Source of the DNA: Bacteroidota bacterium
Lineage (GTDB): Bacteria > Bacteroidota > Bacteroidia > NS11-12g > UBA955
NCBI GenBank assembly: GCA_041192805.1
Contig: JBEEMF010000086.1
Location: 1,169 to 65,168, forward strand
Length of the DNA: 64,000 nt
Direction of reading: 5' to 3'
A model generated the notes under the pieces. That model did no database searches. It saw only the letters and a list, made by a program, of their open reading frames with translations, and was not told the DNA's origin. The translations under genes were made by a program, and so were the position numbers. This document shows, in pieces, positions 41,001 to 49,177 of the stretch. Within the stretch, counting starts at the first letter, position 1, and every line of letters begins with the position of its first letter.

Positions 41001-41894
41001 ATTGCCTTGAATATCGTAAGTGCCTGTGCAACCAAAGTTATCCGCTCTGGAGCCCGTATAGGTGCTAAAAACCAATTTTGGATCTATCACCAAATCATCG
41101 GCATTTTTTAAATCTAAGTTCTTGATATCAAACTGAAATGAGCCATCTTGAAGTTGGATATAATTGGCTCTGAGTGTTGAATTGCCCGATTGCCCCTCAT
41201 CTTTAGCACCATTACTTCCATTGTAGTATACGGCGGGGATTTCTTCTGTCCAGTCAACGATATTGGTTTTAATTCTACAATACTTGTTCGATGCGCTTAA
41301 TTCCAAACTGTTTTCACCTCGATATTTCCAGCGAATCACGTTAGGATTTACATTGGAATGAACGATCCAATTGTATTTTATCGTATTTTGAAAAGATTTA
41401 ACTTCTAAGTCAACGCCAGGCCAAACATTTGAAATGATGATGCTACTGTATTTATGCAATTCGATAAAACTGCCTTTGGCATTGTGATAATTGTAATACT
41501 CTGTGGATGCTGTTCCTAATCCTTTGGCTGCTGAAAAACCGGTGGGTTGTACAAAATCCATGAACACCGCTTGCGTTGGAATCTTTAGTGTTTGAGTTGT
41601 GCGATCATGCAGTTTCTCAAATGCACCGGTATCGATTAAGTTCCAAACGAATCCGGTTTGTGTAATCCACAAATCTCCGATGTTGAGATGGGCCTTAGAC
41701 AAAACGCTGTTAGACCACTGGCCTTTGTTAATAATAAAAATAGGTTCTCCTGATGATGCGTGGATTGGATTGCCCACATTGGCTAACAACGAGGATGTTA
41801 GGACTAAGAAAAATAAAAACACTTGCGCGCGCAGAGCAATAATGGTCTGTTCCAATTTAAAAAAAATCGTGCGGGCGCAGTTTCTTATCATCAT
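38037..41894 (-). CDS. very large secreted protein with SBBP-type beta-propeller repeats and a T9SS type B (gliding-motility-associated, CHU_C-like) C-terminal sorting domain
   Basis: 1285 aa with a signal peptide. Repeated D..GN.YV.G.T.S.(D/N)FP motifs. The C-terminal ~90 aa (PSGITRNKDGLNDVW...YNRYGQKIWES...DGVYAWYLIF...VTVIH) matches the type B CTD pattern. Confidence 0.75.
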   Translation of the reverse strand: MMIRNCARTIFFKLEQTIIALRAQVFLFFLVLTSSLLANVGNPIHASSGEPIFIINKGQWSNSVLSKAHLNIGDLWITQTGFVWNLIDTGAFEKLHDRTTQTLKIPTQAVFMDFVQPTGFSAAKGLGTASTEYYNYHNAKGSFIELHKYSSIIISNVWPGVDLEVKSFQNTIKYNWIVHSNVNPNVIRWKYRGENSLELSASNKYCRIKTNIVDWTEEIPAVYYNGSNGAKDEGQSGNSTLRANYIQLQDGSFQFDIKNLDLKNADDLVIDPKLVFSTYTGSRADNFGCTGTYDIQGNGYAGGTVFDIGLPITPGAAQTTFGDGVSEDLGYGGSRDAAILKFNSTGDKLLFCTYLGGSNNEQPHSMVTDSLDNLYVMGSTRSTDFPMGNKGQYDNSHNGGYDFFVTKFNPSGTSIMASTFFGGSGLDAVGADRSEAGVSVDDFPLIYNYADEFRGEIITDQKNIYVSGITYSMNFPRTGNGVYGGKSDAVVFCLNNSLTILKWSQQFGGVGYDALYGIALGKANDVYVSGGSSSSNLKTIIGSKWINDYQGGMADAILMRLDKYTGDVIQGRYHGTSLYEQAHFVQTGLTGKPYIYGQTEANMPNVNAKFYQPGGGQYISCYSVDLSSVDMQTTFGYNTGNTIYPNISPSAFLVDRCERIFVSGWGGSTNSALYDVNTGTPKQHRNKGRTTGLLTTVDAAQKNTDGSDFYLAVFSKNFYSLAYATYFGGVSTPGKTAEEHVDGGTSRFDSKGIIYQSVCAGCRRNGLFPTTPTAYSRTMNSNNCNNALFKIDFENLNLKPRLKDTFVQVIATQSINFQIKGIDPDPFDTMYLRAKLLKKGGMMGTDTAKLTLIPGIGSATLKLDWKTICSSFSKDTVEILVMVMDRGCPKADTTYARIKLLVTEPPKVIPPDAICVSFDRQTSKMSISWNTIATPGSFFKYFLLRRTNPDGSIKILDTIRSGAAGVYVDGNVVNPRQNNYCYELIGVNICDVQVFAKNIFCTVTELNTPIAGVPLYTTTIVNDRYSEIRWGTSKEPDFKEYELYRIPRGGKFTNVPFAITTDTFYRDSSFNVDDRSYCYQIMVSDQCGHVSSGSNEGCNVVLGGTSKEAPDYYFDLNWMDYQGWADGVRDWTLERKDDDHAFSVIAPSILVQSYHDDKLDYDYGGYLYRVTAHRNQLMAAEQSYSESNWIYLIQPPEVWVPSGITRNKDGLNDVWGTFPLFVKEYEMKVYNRYGQKIWESTYKKNQWDCQYQSNEIPDGVYAWYLIFKGWDKKTYEKVGTVTVIH

Positions 41895-42009
41895 TCCTTG
41901 CAGGGAAATGTCTACTTGTTATACAAAAATCGGTGATTTTATTTATGATTCTTACCTTTTGGCAAGGAATTGACAATAAGTTGATTGGTTTGGTTGCTTT
42001 GGGCTGTTG

Positions 42010-42017
42010 TACATTTG
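42010..42017 (+). promoter_or_regulatory. -7 promoter box TACATTTG, 6 nt from ATG 42024 (fmt); candidate -33 TTTG at 41989-41992
   Basis: Exact TAnnTTTG, with a 17-nt spacer to the upstream TTTG. Confidence 0.5.
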
Positions 42018-42023
42018 CACTGA

Positions 42024-42941
42024 ATGACACAATCTAAGCTACGCATAGTTTTCTTTGGGACCCCAGATTTTGCTGCATTTTCTTTGGAAAAGATAGTAAA
42101 AAGCGGGTTCCATGTGGTTGGCGTGGTTACGGCAATGGATAAACCAGCCGGTAGAGGTCAGAAAATTGCAGAAAGCGCCGTAAAGCGCAAAGCGAATGAA
42201 CTCGGATTAAATATATTACAACCTGCCAATTTGAAATCAGACGATTTCATGAGGGAATTGGAATCCTTGAATCCAAACTTAGGCGTAGTTATCGCCTTTA
42301 GAATGCTTCCAGAAAAGGTATGGTCGTTCCCCACCCTAGGAACAATTAACTTACACGGCTCATTACTTCCTCAATACAGGGGAGCTGCGCCCATTCATCA
42401 TGCGATAATTAATGGTGAAACAACTACGGGGCTAACCACATTCTTTTTAAAACACGAGATCGATACGGGTGATATTATTGCAAAAGCAGAACTTAGCATT
42501 GGCGAAAACGAAACCCTCGGTGAATTGCACGACAGGATGATGATTGAGGGTGCAGACTTGATTGCGCACACGCTGGACTTGATTTCTGATGGCAATTATC
42601 AAACCACTCCTCAGGATTTCAGCGAGGAACTTAAATCGGCGCCCAAGTTGAACCGAGACTTCGCCGAATTACACTTGCAACTGTCACTAAATGATTTTCA
42701 CAATAAAGTGAGGGGTCTAAATCCCTTTCCCGGCGCTTGGATTAAGAGTGAATGGGGCGACATGAAAATACTCGGCGGTGAAAAAATGGAACTCTCCATA
42801 CCCAATTCACGCAATTGTATCGTCATCGAATCACGTCAACTCGTTATTTGTCTTTACGATGGCTGCTACAAAGTCAACCAAATGCAATTGCCGGGCAAGC
42901 CAAAAATGACGTCCGTCGAATTTATTAATGGTTTGAAATAA
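42024..42941 (+). CDS. fmt: methionyl-tRNA formyltransferase
   Basis: 305 aa. IVFFGTPDFA N-terminus and the HGSLLPQYRGAAPI catalytic block. Confidence 0.93.
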   Translation: MTQSKLRIVFFGTPDFAAFSLEKIVKSGFHVVGVVTAMDKPAGRGQKIAESAVKRKANELGLNILQPANLKSDDFMRELESLNPNLGVVIAFRMLPEKVWSFPTLGTINLHGSLLPQYRGAAPIHHAIINGETTTGLTTFFLKHEIDTGDIIAKAELSIGENETLGELHDRMMIEGADLIAHTLDLISDGNYQTTPQDFSEELKSAPKLNRDFAELHLQLSLNDFHNKVRGLNPFPGAWIKSEWGDMKILGGEKMELSIPNSRNCIVIESRQLVICLYDGCYKVNQMQLPGKPKMTSVEFINGLK

Positions 42942-43086
42942 TTTATTTTTTTGCGTTTTTTACAATTAAAATTTGCAATTGCGAATTTTATTGCATTGAT
43001 TTACGACCGAAACACATCTGAAACGCCTATACGTAGAAAAATACTCAACCAATTCTTGCTTTATTTAAACCAATTTAAACCTGCAA

Positions 43087-43094
43087 GGGAGGAG
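43087..43094 (+). promoter_or_regulatory. Shine-Dalgarno-like GGGAGGAG upstream of the ECF sigma gene
   Basis: GGAGG ends 6 nt before ATG 43099. Confidence 0.5.
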
Positions 43095-43098
43095 TATT

Positions 43099-43680
43099 AT
43101 GACTACATCATTGATAACTGACGGCGTGCTGATTAAACGTTACATTGACGGTAACAACGCAGCATTTGAAACATTACTGAAACGCCATAGATCTCGAATA
43201 CTTTCGAGTATTTATTTGCTTGTGGGCGATCGTTACGTTGCTGAAGACATCTTTCAGGAGACTTTCATCAAGGTGATTCATAGCATACAGAAGGGCAAAT
43301 ACAATCACGAAGATAAATTCCTGCCATGGGTACTTCGTATCGCTCGAAACATGAGCATCGACACAATACGTGCGAGAAAAAGAATGCCCGTAGTTGTAGA
43401 TACTGAAGGACGTGATATTTTTGATAGTTTGGGTATTACCGTTGAAAGCCAGGAAGAGTATAGAGTGGCCAAGGACGATGTTGATATTTTGCGTCAGTGG
43501 ATTTGGGAACTCCCTGAAGACCAACGTGAAGTGTTGATTTTACGTCAATATGCCGACCTCAGTTTCAAAGAAATCGCGGCACTTACAGAAACCAATATCA
43601 ACACTTGTATCGGCAGAATGCACTACGCAATATTGAACTTGCGAAAAAAGATGCAAAAAAGTGTTGCCAAAGTAAAATAA
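43099..43680 (+). CDS. ECF-type RNA polymerase sigma-70 family factor
   Basis: 193 aa. Region 2 (DIFQETFIKV...WVLRIARNMSIDTIRARKR) and region 4 (LPEDQREVLILRQYADLSFKEIA). Confidence 0.88.
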   Translation: MTTSLITDGVLIKRYIDGNNAAFETLLKRHRSRILSSIYLLVGDRYVAEDIFQETFIKVIHSIQKGKYNHEDKFLPWVLRIARNMSIDTIRARKRMPVVVDTEGRDIFDSLGITVESQEEYRVAKDDVDILRQWIWELPEDQREVLILRQYADLSFKEIAALTETNINTCIGRMHYAILNLRKKMQKSVAKVK

Positions 43681-43724
43681 TCTGATTTTCGGTCCGTTAT
43701 ATGTTTGTCGTTTTAGCGAAGCAT

Positions 43725-43961
43725 ATGACAAGACCATTATCACACTCAGACCTACTTCTTTATTATTATGGTGAAGCCGATGCTGAAATTTCGGCTTTCA
43801 TACAAGACAATATCTCTGAGCACCCTGAATGGTCGATGTATTTTCAAGAGATTTACCAGGCGATGAGCGATATGGATACGTTAATGATTTCGCCAAATTC
43901 AACTACCCTATCCATTATTTTGGAGGAGAGTGATTCAAAATTATTTCACTCAATCGGATAA
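43725..43961 (+). CDS. small anti-sigma-factor-like protein (no Cys, no TM segment)
   Basis: 78 aa from ATG 43725. LLLYYYGEADAEISAFIQDNISEHPEWSMYFQEI mimics the L..Y.DGEL....V..HL..C..C..E anti-sigma N-terminal pattern, but the Zn-binding Cys are replaced. It sits immediately downstream of the sigma gene. Confidence 0.4.
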   Translation: MTRPLSHSDLLLYYYGEADAEISAFIQDNISEHPEWSMYFQEIYQAMSDMDTLMISPNSTTLSIILEESDSKLFHSIG

Positions 43962-43983
43962 TACATTTCTTGTACTTGTGTGG

Positions 43984-43991
43984 TAAATTTG
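43984..43991 (+). promoter_or_regulatory. -7 promoter box TAAATTTG, 4 nt from ATG 43996
   Basis: Exact TAnnTTTG. Confidence 0.5.
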
Positions 43992-43995
43992 TACC

Positions 43996-44934
43996 ATGCA
44001 ATCAATTCCCAAATTAGATTTATCTCATTTTACCGAAGGTTCTGCCGAACAAAAAAGTCAATTCGTTGCAGAGTTGGGCAATGCCTTTGAACAAATCGGA
44101 TTTGTTGCTATACGCAATCATAGTATTCCATCAGACACATTAAAGCTACTTTATCAAGAAGTGGCAAATTTTTTCGATTTACCTGAAACCGCTAAGTTGA
44201 AATACGACGATTCGGAAGGTGGAGGTCAACGAGGTTATACTGGCTTTGGAAAAGAACACGCAAAGAATCGAAATACAGGGGATTTAAAGGAGTTTTGGCA
44301 TTTTGGTCAATACGAAACGCTGGAAGATCACTCCTATCCTGCCAACAAACAAGTTGCTGAACTATCGAATTTCAATAGGGCTGGTGAAGATGTTTTTCGT
44401 GCGCTCGAGAACACCGGTGTTCAAATGTTAAGGGCGATTGCGTTGCATTTAAAGTTGGATGAATTCTATTTTGATGATCGCGTTACAAAAGGCAACAGTA
44501 TTTTAAGAGCTATCCACTATCCACCCATTACTGAGGATCCAAAAGATGCAATTAGAGCGGGCGAACATGAGGATATTAACTTGATCACCCTATTGGTTGG
44601 GGCTAGTGCAGATGGTTTGGAGGTATTAAACAAACATAATCAATGGATTGGGGTGACGGAAGTTGAGGATCATATTGTAGTCAATGTGGGCGATATGTTG
44701 CAGCGATTAACCAACGATCAGTTAAAAAGCACTACCCATCGGGTTGTCAATCCGCCCCAAAGTCAGTGGGTAAAACCCCGATATAGCATTCCATTCTTCT
44801 TACATCCACGTCCAAATGTTCCATTAAATACGTTGCCACAGTGTATTACCGGAGAAAATCCAAAGAAATACAGTGATTGCACCGCGATGGAGTTTCTTTT
44901 GGAACGATTAAGGGAAATTGGTTTGATCAAATAA
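43996..44934 (+). CDS. 2-oxoglutarate/Fe(II)-dependent oxygenase (isopenicillin N synthase family)
   Basis: 312 aa. HxD...H triad (GEHEDIN ... THRVV) and RYSIPFF (RxS). Confidence 0.8.
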   Translation: MQSIPKLDLSHFTEGSAEQKSQFVAELGNAFEQIGFVAIRNHSIPSDTLKLLYQEVANFFDLPETAKLKYDDSEGGGQRGYTGFGKEHAKNRNTGDLKEFWHFGQYETLEDHSYPANKQVAELSNFNRAGEDVFRALENTGVQMLRAIALHLKLDEFYFDDRVTKGNSILRAIHYPPITEDPKDAIRAGEHEDINLITLLVGASADGLEVLNKHNQWIGVTEVEDHIVVNVGDMLQRLTNDQLKSTTHRVVNPPQSQWVKPRYSIPFFLHPRPNVPLNTLPQCITGENPKKYSDCTAMEFLLERLREIGLIK

Positions 44935-44968
44935 GTCAAAAAATCGCGATGCGCGAAGATCTGATCGA

Positions 44969-45487
44969 TTAAACGAAGAGATTTTTTAGCTCTTGTGCAT
45001 CCTCGGGTTTCATTTTGCCCGCCAGAATCAATCTAACTTGACGTCGGCGTAAAGCACCCTCAAATTTTAACACCTCTTCCTCGGTTTGCGGAGTTAGTTC
45101 TGGAACAGTTACCGGTTTGTTTCTGCCGTCTAAGGCCACAAACGTATAATAGGCTTCATTGGATCTAACCCGACCGCCAGAAGGCAAATTCTCAGCAAAC
45201 ACTTCAATAAACACTTCCATGCTTGAATTAAAAGCCCTGGACACATAGGCTTTCAGCGTAACAACATCACCCAGTCTAATGCTTTCCTTAAATGAAACAC
45301 TGTCAACTGCGGCTGTAACCACAATATTGTGACTGTGTTTTTGAGCGGCTATAGCCGCACAAATATCCATCCAATGTAGCAACCTACCTCCCATTAAATT
45401 CCCCAAAGTATTGGTATCGTTAGGCAATACAATCTCATTCATCAAAGTGAATGAATCAACCGGATGTTTTGGAGTGAGGTTTTTCAT
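44969..45487 (-). CDS. acyl-CoA thioesterase (hotdog fold, YciA/BFIT-like)
   Basis: 172 aa. NTLGNLMGGRLLHWMDICAAIAA block. Confidence 0.8.
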   Translation of the reverse strand: MKNLTPKHPVDSFTLMNEIVLPNDTNTLGNLMGGRLLHWMDICAAIAAQKHSHNIVVTAAVDSVSFKESIRLGDVVTLKAYVSRAFNSSMEVFIEVFAENLPSGGRVRSNEAYYTFVALDGRNKPVTVPELTPQTEEEVLKFEGALRRRQVRLILAGKMKPEDAQELKNLFV

Positions 45488-45494
45488 GGTGGTA

Positions 45495-45502
45495 CAAAAA
45501 TA
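45495..45502 (-). promoter_or_regulatory. -7 promoter box TATTTTTG, 7 nt from ATG 45487 (thioesterase)
   Basis: Plus strand CAAAAATA. It is embedded in the U-tract of the rpmA terminator. Confidence 0.45.
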
Positions 45503-45531
45503 AAAAAGGGGAAGTGACCTTCCCCTTTTTT
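45502..45531 (-). terminator. intrinsic terminator of rplU-rpmA
   Basis: GGGGAAG-TGAC-CTTCCCC stem extended by A6/T6, with a T-run on the minus strand. It begins 23 nt past the rpmA stop. Confidence 0.8.
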
Positions 45532-45553
45532 TGATATTTATTTTTTAAATAAT

Positions 45554-45811
45554 TTAGGCTTGACCTTGAACAGAAACGAAGCTTCTGCCTTCTCTGCTCT
45601 TACGGAATACTACAATTCCATCAGACAATGCGAACAAAGTATGATCTTTACCGATCCCTACGTTCACATCTGGGTGGTGTTTAGTACCACGCTGACGAAC
45701 AATAATATTACCTGCTCTCACAACCTGACCACCATAGATTTTTACACCCAAGCGCTTACTGTGTGATTCTCTTCCGTTTTTCGTGCTACCCGCACCTTTT
45801 TTGTGTGCCAT
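45554..45811 (-). CDS. rpmA: 50S ribosomal protein L27
   Basis: [24 protein letters not shown]... canonical L27 N-terminus. Confidence 0.97.
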   Translation of the reverse strand: MAHKKGAGSTKNGRESHSKRLGVKIYGGQVVRAGNIIVRQRGTKHHPDVNVGIGKDHTLFALSDGIVVFRKSREGRSFVSVQGQA

Positions 45812-45825
45812 GACGTTCTTCTATA

Positions 45826-46134
45826 TTAGGCTTTAATGCTTTCGATTTTTAACAATGTCAAATAGTGACGAAATCCGTTCATTTTTTGGTATCCTTTTCT
45901 TCTTTTCTTCTTGAATACCAATACTTTGTCACCTTTTCCGTGCTCTTTAACTGTGGCAGTAACAGTAGCGCCATCAACCGTGGGGGCACCCACCTTGATT
46001 TTATCGCCACCGACCATTAATACTCTATCAAACTCAATAGTTGAGCCTGCTTCTGCTTGTAGACGATTGACAACAAGATGCTTGTTCTCTTCTACCCTGT
46101 ATTGCCTTCCGGCTATTTCAACAATGGCGTACAT
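45826..46134 (-). CDS. rplU: 50S ribosomal protein L21
   Basis: MYAIVEIAGRQYRV... canonical L21 start. The ORF-track extension (to 46155) overlaps the -7 box. Confidence 0.95.
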   Translation of the reverse strand: MYAIVEIAGRQYRVEENKHLVVNRLQAEAGSTIEFDRVLMVGGDKIKVGAPTVDGATVTATVKEHGKGDKVLVFKKKRRKGYQKMNGFRHYLTLLKIESIKA

Positions 46135-46152
46135 AATCCGTGAATTGGGCTG

Positions 46153-46160
46153 CAAAGATA
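46153..46160 (-). promoter_or_regulatory. -7 promoter box TATCTTTG for rplU-rpmA, 18 nt from the ATG
   Basis: Plus strand CAAAGATA within GCTGCAAAGATA. Confidence 0.5.
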
Positions 46161-46294
46161 AGTAAATCCAACAAATACTTCAACTATTTCTGCAAATTTT
46201 CTTAATTACTTTTATGAAAAGCACAACATTGTCCAATCCGTTATATTTTTTAGACACCCTCAAAAACGGTGTGTATCCTACCGAATGATTCATT

Positions 46295-46302
46295 GAATTT
46301 TG
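46295..46302 (+). promoter_or_regulatory. near-consensus -7 box GAATTTTG, 7 nt from ATG 46310
   Basis: One mismatch (G for T at position 1), with the same spacing class as the exact boxes. Confidence 0.3.
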
Positions 46303-46309
46303 TAATTAC

Positions 46310-48031
46310 ATGAAAAGTGTCATTCTAATTGGACTTACAACGCTTGCAAGTGCGTCTATTATTGCCCAACCAGGAAATCGTGGGATCGACAATTCGTCGC
46401 GTCAGGTAACCACCAAATTCGAGCCTAAACTAATCCCATCCTCAAAGTTGGTATTAGATCCTATCGTTCCCCGCTCAGAAAACCCCAAGATTAATGTCAA
46501 GTTCGAAACACCAGAATTCGCATGGAATACACGAAAAATTATTCGTCCGGTACAACCTGAAAAACTGAAAGACAAGAGTTCCGACTCAGTTTACTTATCA
46601 AATTACGCAAGAATTGGCGGTGGAAATTATGGACATATCCTTGGAGAACTTTACTTAAGTAGTAAAGCAAACCCAAACTACAGTTACAACTTTAGTGGTT
46701 TGCATTTAAATGCCAACCCAGCCAACTCCATACGTGAGTTTTCTACCAATAAATTTCAATTGCAAGGAGCCAAGTACTTCCAAAATTCCGGCTTGGAAAC
46801 CAAGATCTTTTATAACATTGACAAAATCAATTTCTTCGCCAAGGATTCGGCCTATGAAAAGCCAAGTATTACAAGTACTGGCAAAATCAGCAATCATTTT
46901 GGTTTGGGTGTGGATTACGACCTAATAGCGAGCGGAAAAAGACCCTCAATTCATACTGGCATTGCGGCCCAAGCATTCAACACCGGATCGTTTAGTCAAA
47001 GGGAATTGGACTTTAGTGGCTACTTAAACCTTTCTCATCGAGTGAAAAATGTTGTTTGGGGTGCTGATTTGAGTACCACGTATTTAGATATGCAACAAAA
47101 AGCAGACACCAACAAAGTCAATGGATTAAGTCAAAACAAACAGTTGTTCATCGATGCGTTGCCTTACATAAAATTCAACCATCAGCCCACCCAGTTGGAT
47201 GTTAAATTTGGAGTGCTCTTAACAAATTGGACACAGACCATTGATACGCAAAATGCATTAAGCAAGGTTTTTGTCAACCCATACCTAGAAATCGAAAAGA
47301 CATTAACGGGCTTAAATTTGAAAATCTATGGCGGAATTGATGGTGGCTTAAAGAAGAATAGTTTCCGACGAATGAATTCTTACATGCCATTTACCGGTGA
47401 TTCTGTTTCCATTAAAAATACTTACGAGCAATTCAACGGATACTTAGGCATCAAAGGAAAAATCACTGAAAACGCGGAGTTCGCTTTGGATTTTGGTGGC
47501 AATTCATCTTCAGACATGGCCTTGGTTGTTTCAAGAGCCGATTCAATGATGGTTTCGGGCAATAAAAAGTCAATGATAGATAGTTTGGGTTCGTTACAAT
47601 TTATCTATGCCGATGTCAACAGCGTGTACTTTAGAAGCATGGTCAAGTATAAAATTGGCGAACAATTGAAATTGTCAGCCAACGCAAAAGTGATTAGCTA
47701 CAATGTAGATAGGAATGATTACGCTTGGCATCTACCCTCCCTTACCTATGGAATAGCAGGTCAGTATTATTTGGGTAAATCAATTGAAATTCAGTGTGGC
47801 CTAGACGGTGTTAGCAAACGCAGAAATCAATTGGTTGTTGATGGTAAGCCTCAAACCAAGGAAATGCCCGGATATATGGATATTCACGCACGAATCGACT
47901 ATAGACTTTCGGGTAAAGGTAGAATTTGGATTCAAGGTAGTAACCTCTTGAATAATGAATATCAGCAGTGGTATGGTTATAAAAACTTTGGTTTAACCTT
48001 GATGGGCGGACTTTCCCTGTCGTTGTTTTGA
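46310..48031 (+). CDS. uncharacterized outer-membrane beta-barrel protein
   Basis: 573 aa. Signal peptide (…ASASIIAQ), pervasive alternating hydrophobic beta-strand patterns with G/N/Y-rich turns, and a C-terminal ...GGLSLSLF ending in Phe. Confidence 0.5.
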   Translation: MKSVILIGLTTLASASIIAQPGNRGIDNSSRQVTTKFEPKLIPSSKLVLDPIVPRSENPKINVKFETPEFAWNTRKIIRPVQPEKLKDKSSDSVYLSNYARIGGGNYGHILGELYLSSKANPNYSYNFSGLHLNANPANSIREFSTNKFQLQGAKYFQNSGLETKIFYNIDKINFFAKDSAYEKPSITSTGKISNHFGLGVDYDLIASGKRPSIHTGIAAQAFNTGSFSQRELDFSGYLNLSHRVKNVVWGADLSTTYLDMQQKADTNKVNGLSQNKQLFIDALPYIKFNHQPTQLDVKFGVLLTNWTQTIDTQNALSKVFVNPYLEIEKTLTGLNLKIYGGIDGGLKKNSFRRMNSYMPFTGDSVSIKNTYEQFNGYLGIKGKITENAEFALDFGGNSSSDMALVVSRADSMMVSGNKKSMIDSLGSLQFIYADVNSVYFRSMVKYKIGEQLKLSANAKVISYNVDRNDYAWHLPSLTYGIAGQYYLGKSIEIQCGLDGVSKRRNQLVVDGKPQTKEMPGYMDIHARIDYRLSGKGRIWIQGSNLLNNEYQQWYGYKNFGLTLMGGLSLSLF

Positions 48032-48064
48032 GAAAGATTTAAAAAATAGCCGTAATATTGTATT

Positions 48065-49177
48065 ATGAATCCCGCAGTAATAATGGCCATCACCCGTGTT
48101 TTATACAAACACGAATGTGCTGTTATTCCAGGTTTCGGGGCGTTTATACTTCGCAAAAACTATGGCATGGCCAATCCTTTTTCTGGTCAGCTCAAGCCTA
48201 GTGTTCATACCCTTTTCTTTAATTCAAACATCCAAGAGGACGATGGATTTGTTTCCAATGAACTTCGGGAGATCAGTGGTTTACAGTTCAGACAATCATC
48301 AAATCTATTGGTGACAGAATTTAATGCCCTTACTAATAACTGCACTTCTACTCACGCCATTTCTGTAGGTGACTTAGGAAAATTTCATAGAAATGCCATT
48401 GGTGATTTATTTTTCCTTGCCAGCCCAACGTTGAATTTGAGTAAGGAAACGTATGGTTTGCCTATCATCGATTGGCAATGGAAGGACATTCCGGTGTATC
48501 GCTCTGAAAGCAATCAACCCAGAACTGTGGAGATCACGCCTTTGGAAAGTATTGAAGCACCGACAGTTGATCTCGTTGAATCTTCTGTGGACCCGCATCA
48601 TAGTGAATTTACTGAATCGCAGAGAAAAACACCCCTTTTATGGAGAATAGCGGCATCGTTTGCAATCATCAGCATTGGCGCTGGGGTATTGTTGAGTATC
48701 GCTCAAATATGGTCGGTTAGCACTGGCAATGACATGGCGACTTTGCTTCCGCAAGACAGTCAAAAAATCAAAATTAACGCCCCTATTAAATCGAATAGTG
48801 ATAAGTTTATCATTGTAGATGAAACTGAAGGGCAAGATAAATCATCAAACTCAAACGTTATTTCTCATCAATTGAAACACTCTTTGGGAATGGATGGCAT
48901 TGCGGAATTCAAAAAAGTTAATGTAGAGGTAAAAGGCAAATTTGTGGTTGTTGGCGGCGCGTACCTCACCCCTTCGTTGGGTGAAAGGGAATGCTTGCTG
49001 TGGCAACGACTTGGCATTGATGCATGTTTAGTGAAAGGGAAGAGATCGAGTTTGTATAAAGTGGTTTTGGGCAGATTTGAATCTGATAAATTGGCGAGTG
49101 ATTACGCCGAAACGATTAAAATTTTACCTACTGGCACATTATCCGTATCCGATATCGCGTTAGACTGGAATAACTGA
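48065..49177 (+). CDS. bitopic HU-like (HU-CCDC81 type) / SPOR domain protein
   Basis: N-terminal VIPGFGAFILRK...LKPSVHTLFFNSNIQEDDGF...ISVGDLGKFHRNAIGDLFF (HU/IHF-like duplicated pattern). Central TM LLWRIAASFAIISIGAGVLLSIA. C-terminal SPOR-like KFVVVGGAY...YKVVLGRFESDKLASDYAETIK. Confidence 0.6.
   Translation: MNPAVIMAITRVLYKHECAVIPGFGAFILRKNYGMANPFSGQLKPSVHTLFFNSNIQEDDGFVSNELREISGLQFRQSSNLLVTEFNALTNNCTSTHAISVGDLGKFHRNAIGDLFFLASPTLNLSKETYGLPIIDWQWKDIPVYRSESNQPRTVEITPLESIEAPTVDLVESSVDPHHSEFTESQRKTPLLWRIAASFAIISIGAGVLLSIAQIWSVSTGNDMATLLPQDSQKIKINAPIKSNSDKFIIVDETEGQDKSSNSNVISHQLKHSLGMDGIAEFKKVNVEVKGKFVVVGGAYLTPSLGERECLLWQRLGIDACLVKGKRSSLYKVVLGRFESDKLASDYAETIKILPTGTLSVSDIALDWNN

Noticed and set aside
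41894-41969. 8-bp inverted repeat TTCCTTGC ... GCAAGGAA flanking ~60 nt upstream of the large T9SS cargo gene
   Set aside because: The arms are only 8 bp and the spacer is long. This is expected by chance in 64 kb, and there is no supporting structure.
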